A DNA stretch of 64,000 nucleotides. Source: an uncultured Pseudomonadota bacterium (lineage in GTDB: Bacteria; Pseudomonadota; Alphaproteobacteria; Rhizobiales; Beijerinckiaceae). The stretch covers positions 63,485 to 127,484 of the forward strand of contig CAVZAL010000012.1 of assembly GCA_963773245.1 (NCBI GenBank). The letters are read 5' to 3'. The first letter of the stretch is position 1, and each line of letters begins with the position of its first letter. Shown here piece by piece: positions 52,458 to 62,509 of the stretch. The position numbers were made by a program, and so were the translations under genes. The notes beneath the pieces were generated by a model. That model saw only the letters and a list, made by a program, of their open reading frames with translations, searched no databases and was not told the origin of the DNA.

Positions 52458-53389
52458 TGGGCGGTCTCCGCCCCTTCGCGCGCAAGCTCGCGGTAATAGC
52501 CGACGACCCGGTCGCGCCAGAGCCTTCGCGACTCCATATGTTCGATCCCCGGCGTCCTGGTCGGCAGCGCGAGCGCGGTGACGAGTTCTTCAATCTCGCG
52601 CCGGGCCGAGATTTGAGAGCTCGTCAGCGCGCCATTGTTGACGCCCTCTTCGATCGGATCGAGCGCGGTGAGGCCGATGGGGAACAATTCGCGGAAGATG
52701 ACGCGGTCGTGCAGGCCGTCGGCGACGCGAAACTCCAGATCTCGCGACAGCCGGCCGATGCTGACGGCGATCTGTTTGGCGTTGTTGCTGGACAGCGAGG
52801 CGATGCGATTGCGCACCATCACCCAGTCGATGACGCCGTTGTCGACGATGCGCCGCTTGCGTCGCGCCTGCAACACGAGATCGGCGTAATGGGCGACGCC
52901 GCCGCGCCGGTCGCGATCGTGGTGCACGCGGGAGAAGACGTCGACGTCGATATAACTGTCATTGAGGGGCGAGACGAGCGTGTCGGCGAGCGAATGGGCG
53001 AGCCGCATCAGATAAGAATTGCTGGCCGGCGTGTCGATGACGACGAATTCAAAATCATGCTCGACGTCGCTGATCGCCTGCGCGAAGGCGGCGAACTCCT
53101 GCGCTTCGTTGGCGCGCACGTCGTTGCTGTCGCCGCGCCCCATCGCGCAATGGCGCGGCAGCTCGATCGGCCAGGTCGAATGTTTGGACCATGACTCGCG
53201 ATTCTCGAAGAATCGCGTCATCGTCTGTTGACGAGTGTCGAGATCGATGCAGGCGACTTTGTGGCCAGATTTCAACAGCGCCACGGCGATATGGATCGAC
53301 AGCGTCGATTTGCCGGCGCCGCCCTTCTCGTTGCCGACCACGATGACATGCGCGCTGCGAAGGTCGGGACTTTCGTTCTCGAAATCCAT
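52454..53389 (-). CDS. mipZ: Division-plane positioning ATPase MipZ
   Basis: VVGNEKGGAGKST, IDLDTRQ, IDTP, LADTLVSPLNDSYID, DWVMVRNR, RVIFRELFP.GLT. Confidence 0.88.
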   Translation of the reverse strand: MDFENESPDLRSAHVIVVGNEKGGAGKSTLSIHIAVALLKSGHKVACIDLDTRQQTMTRFFENRESWSKHSTWPIELPRHCAMGRGDSNDVRANEAQEFAAFAQAISDVEHDFEFVVIDTPASNSYLMRLAHSLADTLVSPLNDSYIDVDVFSRVHHDRDRRGGVAHYADLVLQARRKRRIVDNGVIDWVMVRNRIASLSSNNAKQIAVSIGRLSRDLEFRVADGLHDRVIFRELFPIGLTALDPIEEGVNNGALTSSQISARREIEELVTALALPTRTPGIEHMESRRLWRDRVVGYYRELAREGAETAH

Positions 53390-53829
53390 GGGGCCGCGAA
53401 TCGGGGACGAGCTTGCATCAAGACATAGAAGCTTTGTCCTTCATGAGCAAACGCCTGCCCGCCGCGCCGCGGAACGCTTGGGGCGTAGCCTTTTTACGCC
53501 GGAGCCGCTCCCGCGCCCATCGCTATCCTGATAACGCAGCGTCCGCCGTTCGGACGGGAGCCGTTGTCGACGTATAGTTTCTCCAGGCGAAGTTGAAGGG
53601 ATCGTCTCTACGTCCCGCTCGCCGCGCCGCGGCGAAAGCCGTCGTCAACGGATCGAGCGGCGATCATCCGCCCATCGCCATTCCCTTCGGAAATGCTTGC
53701 GCGAAAGTCCGCCGGCGCGAAAAAAACCTAACGGAATGGCGCAACCGATTTGCGCCGGTTCTCGGGGCGGCGCTGCGCCGACGACCGGCAATCGGCGCAT
53801 CCGCCGGCATTCGTCTCCTTCTCGCGGGC

Positions 53830-55197
53830 TCATTGCGGCTCCGCGTGACCGATGATGCGCGAGATCATCGGGAATTCCGCGCGCGCGGCCCGCTCCAGCG
53901 CGTCGACCTCGCGGTGGACGGCCTCGACTGTCGCTTCACGGTCGGCGCGGCAATGAAAGACGCCGTAGTAGCCAGCTTCCGACGCGCGGATACGCACGTG
54001 ATGCACGTCGCGCAACAACCGCGAAGCCTGCGCCTGGCGGGCGAGGCGCGCCTCAACCGCCACGGCGAGCGCGGGATCGGCGTCCTGGCCGGGCAATTCG
54101 CGCGTCTCCATCGGCTCGATATGGGTGTCCACCTCGACCTCGCCGTCGAATTCGGCCGCGATCGCCTGTTCGAGGGCGCTCGCCGTCTCATGCGCGATCC
54201 CCAGCGTCGTTCGGCCGTCGACCTCGAGGTCGAGCGACACGGCGACGCGCTCGGCGACCCGCTGGATCGTCACGTGATGCACGAACAGCCGCCGCCGCGC
54301 GGCGATCAGCAGCACGCGCTCCAGCACCGTCTCGTCGTCGAGGGCCATCGGGTTGGCGGCGATGGTCAAACTGAGGCGCGGCCATCGCCGGGCGATGAGG
54401 GCGGCCGCGCGCGCCTTGATGGCGGCCGTACGCTCCAGCGACTGCGTGCGCGACACGAAGAGGCCGAGTTCGCCGACGGCGCCCGCGCCGCTGCGGCGCA
54501 GCCGCAGGTAATCGACGCCGACGACGCCGCCGACCTCGCCGAGCGCCTGGCGCACGTCGTCGGCGAGACCTTCCGGCGCCGCGTCGACGAGCGCGTCGAC
54601 GGTGCGCGCGCCGAGCCGATAGCCGGAGACCGCGATGAACACGGCCACGCCCATGGCGGCGAGCGCATCGGCCGCCGGCAGTCCCGCCCGGCTCGCCGCG
54701 AGTCCCACGAGCACCAGAGCGGAGGCGACGAGATCGCCGGCGTAGTGCAGCGCATCCGCCGCGATGGCGTCGCTGCCGGTGTATCTGGCGACCCGGTTCA
54801 ACGCGCGCCACCGGATGATGTCGACGGCGATCGAGGCGATGACGACCGCGAAGACGAAGCCGCCGGCCTCGATCTCGGCCGGCGCGCCGATGCGGCGCAC
54901 CGCAAGCGCGGCGACGCCGACCGAAAGCACGAACAGGAAGGCGGTCTGGGCGAGCGCGGCGATCGCCTCGACCTTGGCGTGGCCGAAGGGATGCTCCTCG
55001 TCGGCGGGCTTGTCGGCGATTCGGACGGCGAAATAGGTGAGGGCGCTGGCGGCGATGTCGAGGGCGTTATGGACGCCTTCGGAGAGAAGCGCGAGCGAGC
55101 CGGAGAGGACGCCGGCGGCGAGCTTCAGCAGGGTGAGGCCGGCGCTGGCGGCCACCGACATGAGCGCCGCCCGCCGCTTGGCCTTCGCTTCGTCCAT
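53830..55197 (-). CDS. Cation diffusion facilitator with duplicated C-terminal domain
   Basis: [39 protein letters not shown] ... GHAEP. Confidence 0.9.
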   Translation of the reverse strand: MDEAKAKRRAALMSVAASAGLTLLKLAAGVLSGSLALLSEGVHNALDIAASALTYFAVRIADKPADEEHPFGHAKVEAIAALAQTAFLFVLSVGVAALAVRRIGAPAEIEAGGFVFAVVIASIAVDIIRWRALNRVARYTGSDAIAADALHYAGDLVASALVLVGLAASRAGLPAADALAAMGVAVFIAVSGYRLGARTVDALVDAAPEGLADDVRQALGEVGGVVGVDYLRLRRSGAGAVGELGLFVSRTQSLERTAAIKARAAALIARRWPRLSLTIAANPMALDDETVLERVLLIAARRRLFVHHVTIQRVAERVAVSLDLEVDGRTTLGIAHETASALEQAIAAEFDGEVEVDTHIEPMETRELPGQDADPALAVAVEARLARQAQASRLLRDVHHVRIRASEAGYYGVFHCRADREATVEAVHREVDALERAARAEFPMISRIIGHAEPQ

Positions 55198-55267
55198 CGT
55201 AGCCCTCGTTGGCGCCCGGGCTTATAAGGGCTGGGGCGCAAATGCCAACAGGCCCGGGAGCATACGC

Positions 55268-55708
55268 ATGCGTTATCTGCACACCATGATCCGCGTCACC
55301 GACCTCGACGCCTCGCTCGCCTTTTTCGTCGGGAAGATGGGGCTCGTGGAGACGAGGCGCCACGTGGACGAGAAGGGCCGTTACACGCTTGTGTTTCTGG
55401 CGGCGCCGGAGGACGAGGCGGCGGCGCGCCAGAGCAAGGCCCCCCTGGTCGAGCTGACCTACAACTGGGATCCCGAGGTTTACGGCGGCGGGCGCAATTT
55501 CGGGCACCTGGCCTATGAGGTCGACGACATTTACGCCTATTGCGCGAAGCTCCGGGACGCCGGAATCGTGATCAACCGTCCGCCGCGCGACGGCCGCATG
55601 GCGTTCATTCGCACGCCCGACAACATTTCGATCGAACTCTTGCAGAAGGGCGAAGCCCTGCCGCGCGCCGAGCCTTGGGCGTCGATGCCGAACACCGGCG
55701 CGTGGTGA
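55268..55708 (+). CDS. gloA: Lactoylglutathione lyase (glyoxalase I)
   Basis: [44 protein letters not shown]. Confidence 0.9.
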   Translation: MRYLHTMIRVTDLDASLAFFVGKMGLVETRRHVDEKGRYTLVFLAAPEDEAAARQSKAPLVELTYNWDPEVYGGGRNFGHLAYEVDDIYAYCAKLRDAGIVINRPPRDGRMAFIRTPDNISIELLQKGEALPRAEPWASMPNTGAW

Positions 55709-56035
55709 TCGGGAGCTTCGGCGCGCAGATCGCTGTAGATGGTCGTCGCGGCTTCGGAATCGAAACGGCCGAGGAAAGTCATGTCGCACGCAATCGGGAA
55801 AGCGCGTCAGCCCGAGCACGAAGCGCAGGGTGTGGCGAGCAGGCTGTTGACGAGCGGGGCGCAGACCAAGTAGGGAGACGCGCCGGTCGCAGGGCCGGGC
55901 GCGTCCTTTTGCAGCTCGTCGGGCGGAACATATCTTTCGCGATCGGCGTCGCCGTCGATTGTCGAATGAGTTTCGCTGGTTTGGCTTAGGGGCGAGTTTT
56001 TGAGATAGATGCGTAGGGCGAAAGCCTATTGAGAT

Positions 56036-56111
56036 GCCGCAATAGCTCAGCTGGTAGAGCACATCATTCGTAATGATGGGGTCGGGGGTTCGATTCCCTC
56101 TTGCGGCACCA
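56036..56111 (+). tRNA. tRNA-Thr (anticodon CGT)
   Basis: GCCGCAA/TTGCGGC acceptor stem, D-arm AGCTCAGCTGGTAGAGC, anticodon arm CATCA-TTCGTAA-TGATG, GGTTCGATTCC, encoded CCA. 76 nt. Confidence 0.96.
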
Positions 56112-56273
56112 ATACACCTTCGGACTGTGGAACATAGCAGAACATTTTCCGAAGAAAATCAAAGAGATACGACGAAAACCGTGAACATAGCCGCTCATGG
56201 GGGTGGATTGCTTCGCGTCATTTTCTGGGTATGATTCCGGGTCACGCGCGATACCCGCAGAAGTGATACCCAC

Positions 56274-57205
56274 ATGCCCCTCAGTTTTTTCGACGTGAAG
56301 GCGGCCAATCCGAAAGACAAACCATACCGCCTCGCCGATGGAGACGGCCTGTATCTCCAAATCCAGCCCAACGGCAGCAAGCTCTGGCGCTTCCGCTACC
56401 GCTTCGCCGGCATGGAGAAAATGCTCTCGGTCGGCGCGTTTCCGATCGTCTCGATCGCCGACGCGCGCCGCAAGCGCGACGACGCCCGCAAGCTCCTGGA
56501 GGGCGGCATCGACCCGACAGCGCAGAAGCGCCTCGACCGGCTCGCCGCCGAGACCGCAGCGCGGACAACCTTCGGCCTGGTCGCCGAGGAGTACCTATCG
56601 AACCTGGAGGCGAACGGCGTCGCCGCCTCGACCCTCTCCAAGAACCGATGGCTCCTGGAGAACCTCGCGAAGCCGCTTTCGAGCCGGCCGGTTTCCGAAA
56701 TCACGCCGGCCGAAATCCTCGACCTCCTCAAGCGGGTCGAGCGATCCGGCCGGCGCGAATCGGCGCGCCGGTTGCGCGCCGTCATGAGTGCGGTGTTCCG
56801 CCTGGCGGTTGCGACTTTGCGCGCGGCGAACGACCCGACGTACGCGCTACGCGGCGCGCTTCTGCGAGTGAATTCAAAGCCGCGCTCCGCGATCACCAAC
56901 GAGCCGAAGTTCGGCGAGCTCCTGCGAGCGATCGACGCCTTCGACGGTTGGCCGACGATCCGCGCGGCGCTGCAGTTCTCCGCCCTCACGTTCGCGCGGC
57001 CGGGCGAAGTACGCGGCGCGCGACGCGAAGAGATTTTCTTTGAGAAGGCCCTCTGGCGCATCCCGGCCGAACGCACCAAGACGCGAAAGCCGCATGACGT
57101 GCCGCTCTCCCGCCAGGCGCTCGACGTGCTTCGGGACATCTGGTCGCTCTCAGACGGCGGCGAGTTGATCTTCCCGGCGATCACGTCGCTTGCAAAGCCG
57201 CTCTT
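56274..57205 (+). pseudogene. P4-like tyrosine integrase (Arm-DNA-binding plus core), C-terminally truncated
   Basis: DGDGLYL...G.K.W.FRYRF.G.EK.LS.G.FP, RPGEVRG, KTRKPHDVPLS. After LIFPA..S..KPL the ORF runs into unrelated sequence to 57374 without HxxR or the catalytic Tyr. Confidence 0.85.
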
Positions 57206-57689
57206 GTCCGTCTCTCACCGTCCGAAGCGCATGTATAAGCGTCGGCCGCTGCGTGCGACTACTGGCCTGGGTAAAAGAGCACCACTCGGCACTGTTCCAA
57301 AACCACATAGGCACTTGGAGAAGAAATTCTCCCTGTTTCTTGTCAGGCGCGACACGATAGACCCGTGCCTTTAGCGGTTGCCCCTCTTCAGCAAACGCTC
57401 GTGAATATTCCCCGGAACTCTATGCCGAGTCGCAAGAGGGGCGGGATGATCGCCTAACCCTCCACATCCGCGACGGCGAACGGCATTCCGGCCGGGGTAC
57501 GGGCGGGTGCGCAACGGTGTGGACCTCGCCTCCACGGCGGGCGGTGAAGTTAATCGCAGCGTCCCCGTAATTCGTGCACCGGGTCGGCGCCGCGCATTGT
57601 TGCTTTCTGTGGCGCACGCGTAACAGTCATTTGCGCCAGCAACTGTTACATAAACCAGTGCGCGCCCTAGCTGCGGCAGGAATATAGAC

Positions 57690-58712
57690 ATGAAGCGGCA
57701 AGTTCAGGACCCGATTCGCGGGGCGCGGAGATGGGTCTTAGTCTCCGCGGCGGCCGCGGTGAGCGTCGCAGCCGCGCCGCTGACTGCTCACGCCGACGAA
57801 AAGGGCATCAGTTTCTGGCTTCCGGGGCTGTTTGGCAGCTTCGCCTCGGTTCCCGTCGATCCCGGCTGGAGCGGAACGGTCATCTACTATCATACGTCGG
57901 TCGGCGCCGCCGCTGGCGCGAACTTCCAGCAAGGGTCGAAAATTGTCGCCGGAGTCAGCGGCCAGGGCGATCTCGCGCTTTACGGGGTCACCTATACTTT
58001 CGCGCAACCCGTGGCCGGCGGACAATTCGCCATGAGCATGTATAATGTCGCCGGACGCAACGGCGTGGACGCAGCGGCGACGCTGAGCGGTCCGTTCGGC
58101 AACCAAATCTCCGGCTCGCGAAGCGACAGCATCACGGCGTTCGGCGACCTGATTCCCCAGGCGACGCTGAAGTGGAACAGCGGCGTCAACAATTTCATGA
58201 TTTACGGGACCGGCGACATTCCCGTCGGCGCCTACGATCCCAACCGCCTCGCAAATATCGGAATTGGTCATGGCGCTATCGACGGCGGGGCGGGCTATTC
58301 CTACTTGAATCCCGCGACGGGCTGGGAATTCTCGGCGACGGGCGGTCTGACTTATAATTTCGAGAACATCTCGACCCAATATCAGAACGGCGTCGACGGC
58401 CATCTGGATTGGGGTCTGTCGCGCTTTCTGACCAAGCAGTTCGATATCGGGGCGGTTGGATATTTCTATCAGCAGCTCACCGGCGACAGCGGTTCGGGCG
58501 ACAGGCTCGGCCCGTTCGAATCCAACGTCGTAGCCGTTGGCGGCCAGGCCAACTATCTGTTCCCGATCGGGGACAAGGTCAAAGGCGTGGCGAGCGTGAA
58601 GATCTACAAGGAACTCTACTCGAATAATCGGCCGGATGGCTGGAACGCCTGGTTGACCCTCAATCTCTCGGAGGCTGCGGCGCAATTGCAGCCCGTCACC
58701 GCGAAATACTGA
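57690..58712 (+). CDS. SphA/CoxB (Phenol_MetA_deg)-type outer-membrane channel
   Basis: Signal then ADE.G.SFWLPG.FGS.A..P..PGW, GDL.P, P.G.YD..RLANIG.GH..ID.G..Y.Y, YQNG.D.HLDW, GY.YQQLTGDSG.G. Confidence 0.8.
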   Translation: MKRQVQDPIRGARRWVLVSAAAAVSVAAAPLTAHADEKGISFWLPGLFGSFASVPVDPGWSGTVIYYHTSVGAAAGANFQQGSKIVAGVSGQGDLALYGVTYTFAQPVAGGQFAMSMYNVAGRNGVDAAATLSGPFGNQISGSRSDSITAFGDLIPQATLKWNSGVNNFMIYGTGDIPVGAYDPNRLANIGIGHGAIDGGAGYSYLNPATGWEFSATGGLTYNFENISTQYQNGVDGHLDWGLSRFLTKQFDIGAVGYFYQQLTGDSGSGDRLGPFESNVVAVGGQANYLFPIGDKVKGVASVKIYKELYSNNRPDGWNAWLTLNLSEAAAQLQPVTAKY

Positions 58713-58821
58713 GATCGCAGCGAGCAGCCCTTCGAGACGAACAGGGCTGCGAAGAGAAGAATTTCCGCCGCCGGCGGGCTTATCGGTTCGGTTATGCCGA
58801 TCGCCGCTTCCGGCGGGCTCC

Positions 58822-59337
58822 CTATCCCCCCTCCGCCACCGTAATCGCGATTCGCTTGAACTTCTCAGGCGGGGACAGAAGCCGCGTCTGGAAGGCGACC
58901 TCCTGCGAGGCCCGCAATTCGGCCCGCGTCGGCTTCGTCTTCCAGGCGTAGAGCGGCCGGTCGTCTTCGCCGATCAGCGTGACGAGCAGCGTCGGCGTCT
59001 TCAGCCGGCGCTTGCCCGTGTTGCGCAACTCCCCCTCGACGTAAAGGATCGTCCGCCCGTCGATCTCCGTGCGCCGCGCGTGGGTATCGCCGATCCTGAT
59101 CGCCGGCTCCGCGGGTGAGCCGACGCGGAGGAGCGGGCTCAGCACGAAGGCCGCCCTGGCGCGCGCCACCGGGTCGGCGTAGAGCGTCCAGCCGCAGAGG
59201 AGCGCCACAGAGACCAGCGCAATCTTCTGGCCTCGTCCCGGCGAAGACCGGGCCGGGTGCGAGACGCCGCGCGCCAGCGCGCCTCTCGACAAGCGCGCGG
59301 CAGAGGCTGGCGTCTGGGGATAAGGACGGGCTAACAT
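58822..59337 (-). CDS. DUF3426/FxLYD-like protein
   Basis: LYVEGELRN......P.L.VTL.......LY.W.......L......F.TRL.SPP. Divergent from ftsE. Confidence 0.65.
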   Translation of the reverse strand: MLARPYPQTPASAARLSRGALARGVSHPARSSPGRGQKIALVSVALLCGWTLYADPVARARAAFVLSPLLRVGSPAEPAIRIGDTHARRTEIDGRTILYVEGELRNTGKRRLKTPTLLVTLIGEDDRPLYAWKTKPTRAELRASQEVAFQTRLLSPPEKFKRIAITVAEGG

Positions 59338-59389
59338 GCCGAATCGCTCGCGTCGACTTCAGTTAGCTTGGAGTTTCCATCCGGTTATC

Positions 59390-59405
59390 GTTAAGGCTCG
59401 GTAAA
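59390..59405 (-). promoter_or_regulatory. Possible CtrA site upstream of ftsE
   Basis: GTTAA-ggctcgg-TAAA, one mismatch to consensus. Confidence 0.45.
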
Positions 59406-59427
59406 GAGGAAGCGGGCGAGGGAATCA

Positions 59428-60102
59428 TTGCTTCGTTTCGAGAACGTCGGACTGCGCTACGGACTGGGGTCGGAGATCATTCGCGACGCCAGTTTCAACA
59501 TCGCGCCGCAGAGCTTCCAGTTCCTCACCGGCCCCTCGGGCGCAGGCAAGACGTCGCTGCTGCGGCTGATGCTGCTGTCGCTCAAACCCACGCGCGGCCG
59601 CATCACCATCTTCGACAAGGACGCGGCGACCCTCGACGCGGAGAAGCTGACCGGCGTGCGCCGGCGCATCGGCGTCGTGTTCCAGGACTTCCGCCTGCTC
59701 GACCACCTGACCACCTTCGACAACGTCGCCCTGCCGCTGCTGGTGCAGGGCCGTTCGCCGCAAGCCTACCGCGCCGAGGTCGTCGAGCTGCTCAAATGGG
59801 TCGGCCTCGGCGACCGCATCAATGCGCTGCCGGCGGTGCTCTCGGGCGGCGAGAAGCAGCGGGCGGCGATCGCGCGCGCCCTCATCGCGCGGCCCGAGCT
59901 GCTGCTCGCCGACGAGCCGACGGGCAACGTCGATCCCGAAATGGCCTGGCGGCTCTTGCGGCTGTTCGTCGAGCTGCACAAGTCCGGCACCTCGGTCGTC
60001 ATCGCGACCCATGACGTGACGCTGATGGAGGCCCTGGGCTCCGTGCGCAAGCTGGTGATCGCCGACGGCCACGTGCAGGTGATCGACGAGAACGAGACAT
60101 GA
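59428..60102 (+). CDS. ftsE: Cell division ATP-binding protein FtsE
   Basis: LRFENVGLRYG, LTGPSGAGKTS, GVVFQDFRLLDHL, LSGGEKQR, LADEPTGNVD, IATHD. Confidence 0.93.
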   Translation: MLRFENVGLRYGLGSEIIRDASFNIAPQSFQFLTGPSGAGKTSLLRLMLLSLKPTRGRITIFDKDAATLDAEKLTGVRRRIGVVFQDFRLLDHLTTFDNVALPLLVQGRSPQAYRAEVVELLKWVGLGDRINALPAVLSGGEKQRAAIARALIARPELLLADEPTGNVDPEMAWRLLRLFVELHKSGTSVVIATHDVTLMEALGSVRKLVIADGHVQVIDENET

Positions 60103-60452
60103 GTGAAGAGGAAGAAGACCCCGTCGGCGTGACCTATACGCCGGCCGCCGCGCTCATTCCGCACGACACGGTCTCCGGGCGCGCGCTGACGGCGGTGATC
60201 GCGATCCTGACTTTCCTCGCCTGCCTCTGCACGGGCGGCGGGGTGCTGCTCGCCGCCTCCTCCGCCTCCTGGCGCAGCGAGGTGTCGCGCGAGATCACCA
60301 TTCAGATCCGCCCGCGCGTCGGGGCCGACACGGACGCCGAGGTCAACAAGGTCGTCATGATCGCCTCCGGCTCGCCGGCAATCGCCTCGGTCAGCGCGAT
60401 GAGCCGCGCCGACACCGAGAAGTCGCTGGCGCCCTGGCTCGGCTCGGGGCTT
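60099..60452 (+). pseudogene. ftsX: FtsX permease, only the N-terminal ~118 codons, cut at the junction
   Basis: L..VIAILTFLA.L, W......EITIQI.P, L.PWLG.GL. The expected LP.P.LI motif and the C-terminal TMs are absent. Confidence 0.85.
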
Positions 60453-61413
60453 GCTCCTTGAGGTACTTGTCGAGGCTTCGCCCGCGCAAGGACTCCATCT
60501 CGATGTAGCCCATCGAGTGGGTTCGCTGGAAGTCGTAGACGACCACCGCATTGGGGTGCTCAAGCTTGGCCATGAGCCGAGCCTCGCGCTGGAACCGCCT
60601 CCATCCCTTATCGTTATGGGCGATCTCGGGCTTGATCAGTTTCAGGGCGATCTTCCTGTCAAGGTGCAGGTTGTCAACCAGCCAGACTTCGCCCATGCCT
60701 CCCTCGCCGATTTTTTCGAGGAGCCGGTACTTGCCGAAGAGGTCTCGCCCCTTCGCGATCATGGGGGGCGGAGCAATGTTCCACCCGTCAGACTTCTCGC
60801 TCGCCGGCTGCGGCGAACCGTCGTCCGATTCCCCACTTTCCTGGCTATCCCCGGGCGAAGTCGGTGTTAAGGATGGCGGGGTCAAGCCCAGAGTACTCTG
60901 CTCACTTTCCTGGCTATCCCCGGGCGAAGTCGGTGTTAAGGATGGCGGGGTCAAGCCCAGAGTACTCTGCTCACTTTCCTGGCTATCCCCGGGCGAAGTC
61001 GGTGTTAAGGATGGCGGGGTCAAGCCCAGAGTACTCTGCTCACTTTCCTGGCTATCCCCGGGCGAAGTCGGTGTTAAGGATGGCGGGGTCAAGCCCAGAG
61101 TACTCTGCTCACTTTCCTGGCTATCCCCGGGCGAAGTCGGTGTTAAGGATGGCGGGGTCAAGCCCAGAGTACTCTGCTCACTTTCCTGGCTATCCCCGGG
61201 CGAAGTCGGTGTTAAGGATGGCGGGGTCAAGCCCAGAGTACTCTGCTCACTTTCCTGGCTATCCCCGGGCGAGGTCGGTGTTAAGGATGGCGGGGTCAAG
61301 CCCAGAGTACTCTCGTTGATCTTCGAACTCTCACGGGACGAGGACCCCAGGTCAGATCCGTCCCACGTCTCGAGGTCCCGCTCACCAAGACGCTCATGCG
61401 GCTGCGGCTGCAT
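60450..61413 (-). CDS. Hanks-type Ser/Thr kinase with an N-terminal repeat array, 3'-truncated at the junction
   Basis: KYRLLEKIGEGGMGEVW, IALKLIK, RFQREAR..AKLEHPNAVVVYD, YIEME.L.G.SL. No HRD or DFG before the junction. Start at 61413 or 61518. Confidence 0.85.
60834..61313. repeat. Tandem repeat, 7 x 69 bp (last copy 3 bp short), in frame in the kinase
   Basis: Unit starts at 60834, 60903, 60972, 61041, 61110, 61179, 61248. Six are identical and the seventh has one substitution. Encodes ESEQSTLGLTPPSLTPTSPGDSQ. Confidence 0.97.
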
Positions 61414-61679
61414 GTGCGGTCGCCCGAAATTGGGCGATACTGACCGTGCTGGAAACCGATGACGAAAAAACACCTTGAAAACGATTTGAAGAAAGTCAGT
61501 GAGTCTCATTTTGGTCACATCATTAACATAATGAGAAACGCGAATTTCAGCACACGCTCCTCGGGCCGAAATATTGCGATGTGGCCGCCGGAACGTTAGA
61601 GTATATCGCCGCTTGCGAGCACTCCTGATAACTTCACTGTATCCGCATTGAGCTTACGATCGGAAGTCCTCTCCCCGGA

Positions 61680-62290
61680 TCACGGCACTCGTTCACTGAC
61701 TGATTGACCATCGTTGCTTGTGATCAAGATGACTTCTCTCCCCTCGAACACGGCATCGTCGGGGTCGTGATCGAACTCTTGACTGCGCAACCAGGTGTTC
61801 CAGCCAAGCCTGGCTCCGAAGGCCGTCTCTTCTTCGAGCTGACACTCGGGAACCTCGGATTTCTCGAGGACCAGTTGAGTATCGAAATCCAGTGTGATGC
61901 CAACATAGAGCTTGACCAGGTGAATGAGAAGGTACAGTGCCTTGCGATGGGGAATCGGGCTGCGATCAGGGAGAAACTCGAGAAACTGGTGATAATCGAG
62001 GGGGCCGAGTCGGAGCCGGAACTTGCTCTGGATGTCCCACACGCGCTCTCCGACGACCGTCGTGAAACCGAGTTGATTGTTGACGTTGTCCTCAAGCCGT
62101 GACGGTTCAGCTCGTCGATCTGGAGCCACTGGCCCTGGTACTGGCAAACCCGGACGGGGAGCTGGAAGTGGTCCTGGAGGCTCGCTTGTAAACCGGCCGC
62201 GGAACGCACCTGATGTGCCAGCAGCCCGCCGTACCGGAGCAAGGTCAGATTCTCGATTCTCGCCAGGACCCGCTCCTGGGATTGTCTTGC
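61680..62290 (-). pseudogene. tssG: Type VI secretion baseplate TssG, C-terminal half only (frameshift near 62100)
   Basis: LLRYGGLLAHQVRSAAGL..L.D.F.LPV.V.QYQGQW, then LG....G.RVWD.QSKFRLRLGPL.Y..F..FLP..LYVG..LDFD.QLVL...EVP...L..LGWNTWL. Confidence 0.85.
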
Positions 62291-62509
62291 TTCAGACGGA
62301 ATGGGAAAAACGGACCGCTCGAATAAGCCACAATCTCGAGTGGAGATTTTCGACACTTCTCGCCGAAGCCGACAGCGTTTCGGCATTTCCCAACTGCTCT
62401 TGACAGAGGAAGTTAAAGCCTGCGTGCTGGAAGATATGGTTCCCCAACGAAGTCCCCCGGAGCACGCAGGTCACGTGGGGCATCGGGGTCAGACCGATTT
62501 TGGGGCATC

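Noticed and set aside
57431-57440. attR of the tRNA-Thr island (CGCAAGAGGG matches the tRNA 3' region)
   Set aside because: Only 10 bp and in inverted orientation, whereas an att duplication should be a direct repeat.
60834-61313. CRISPR array
   Set aside because: The units are contiguous and identical with no unique spacers, the length is a multiple of 3 and in frame in a kinase, and there are no cas genes.
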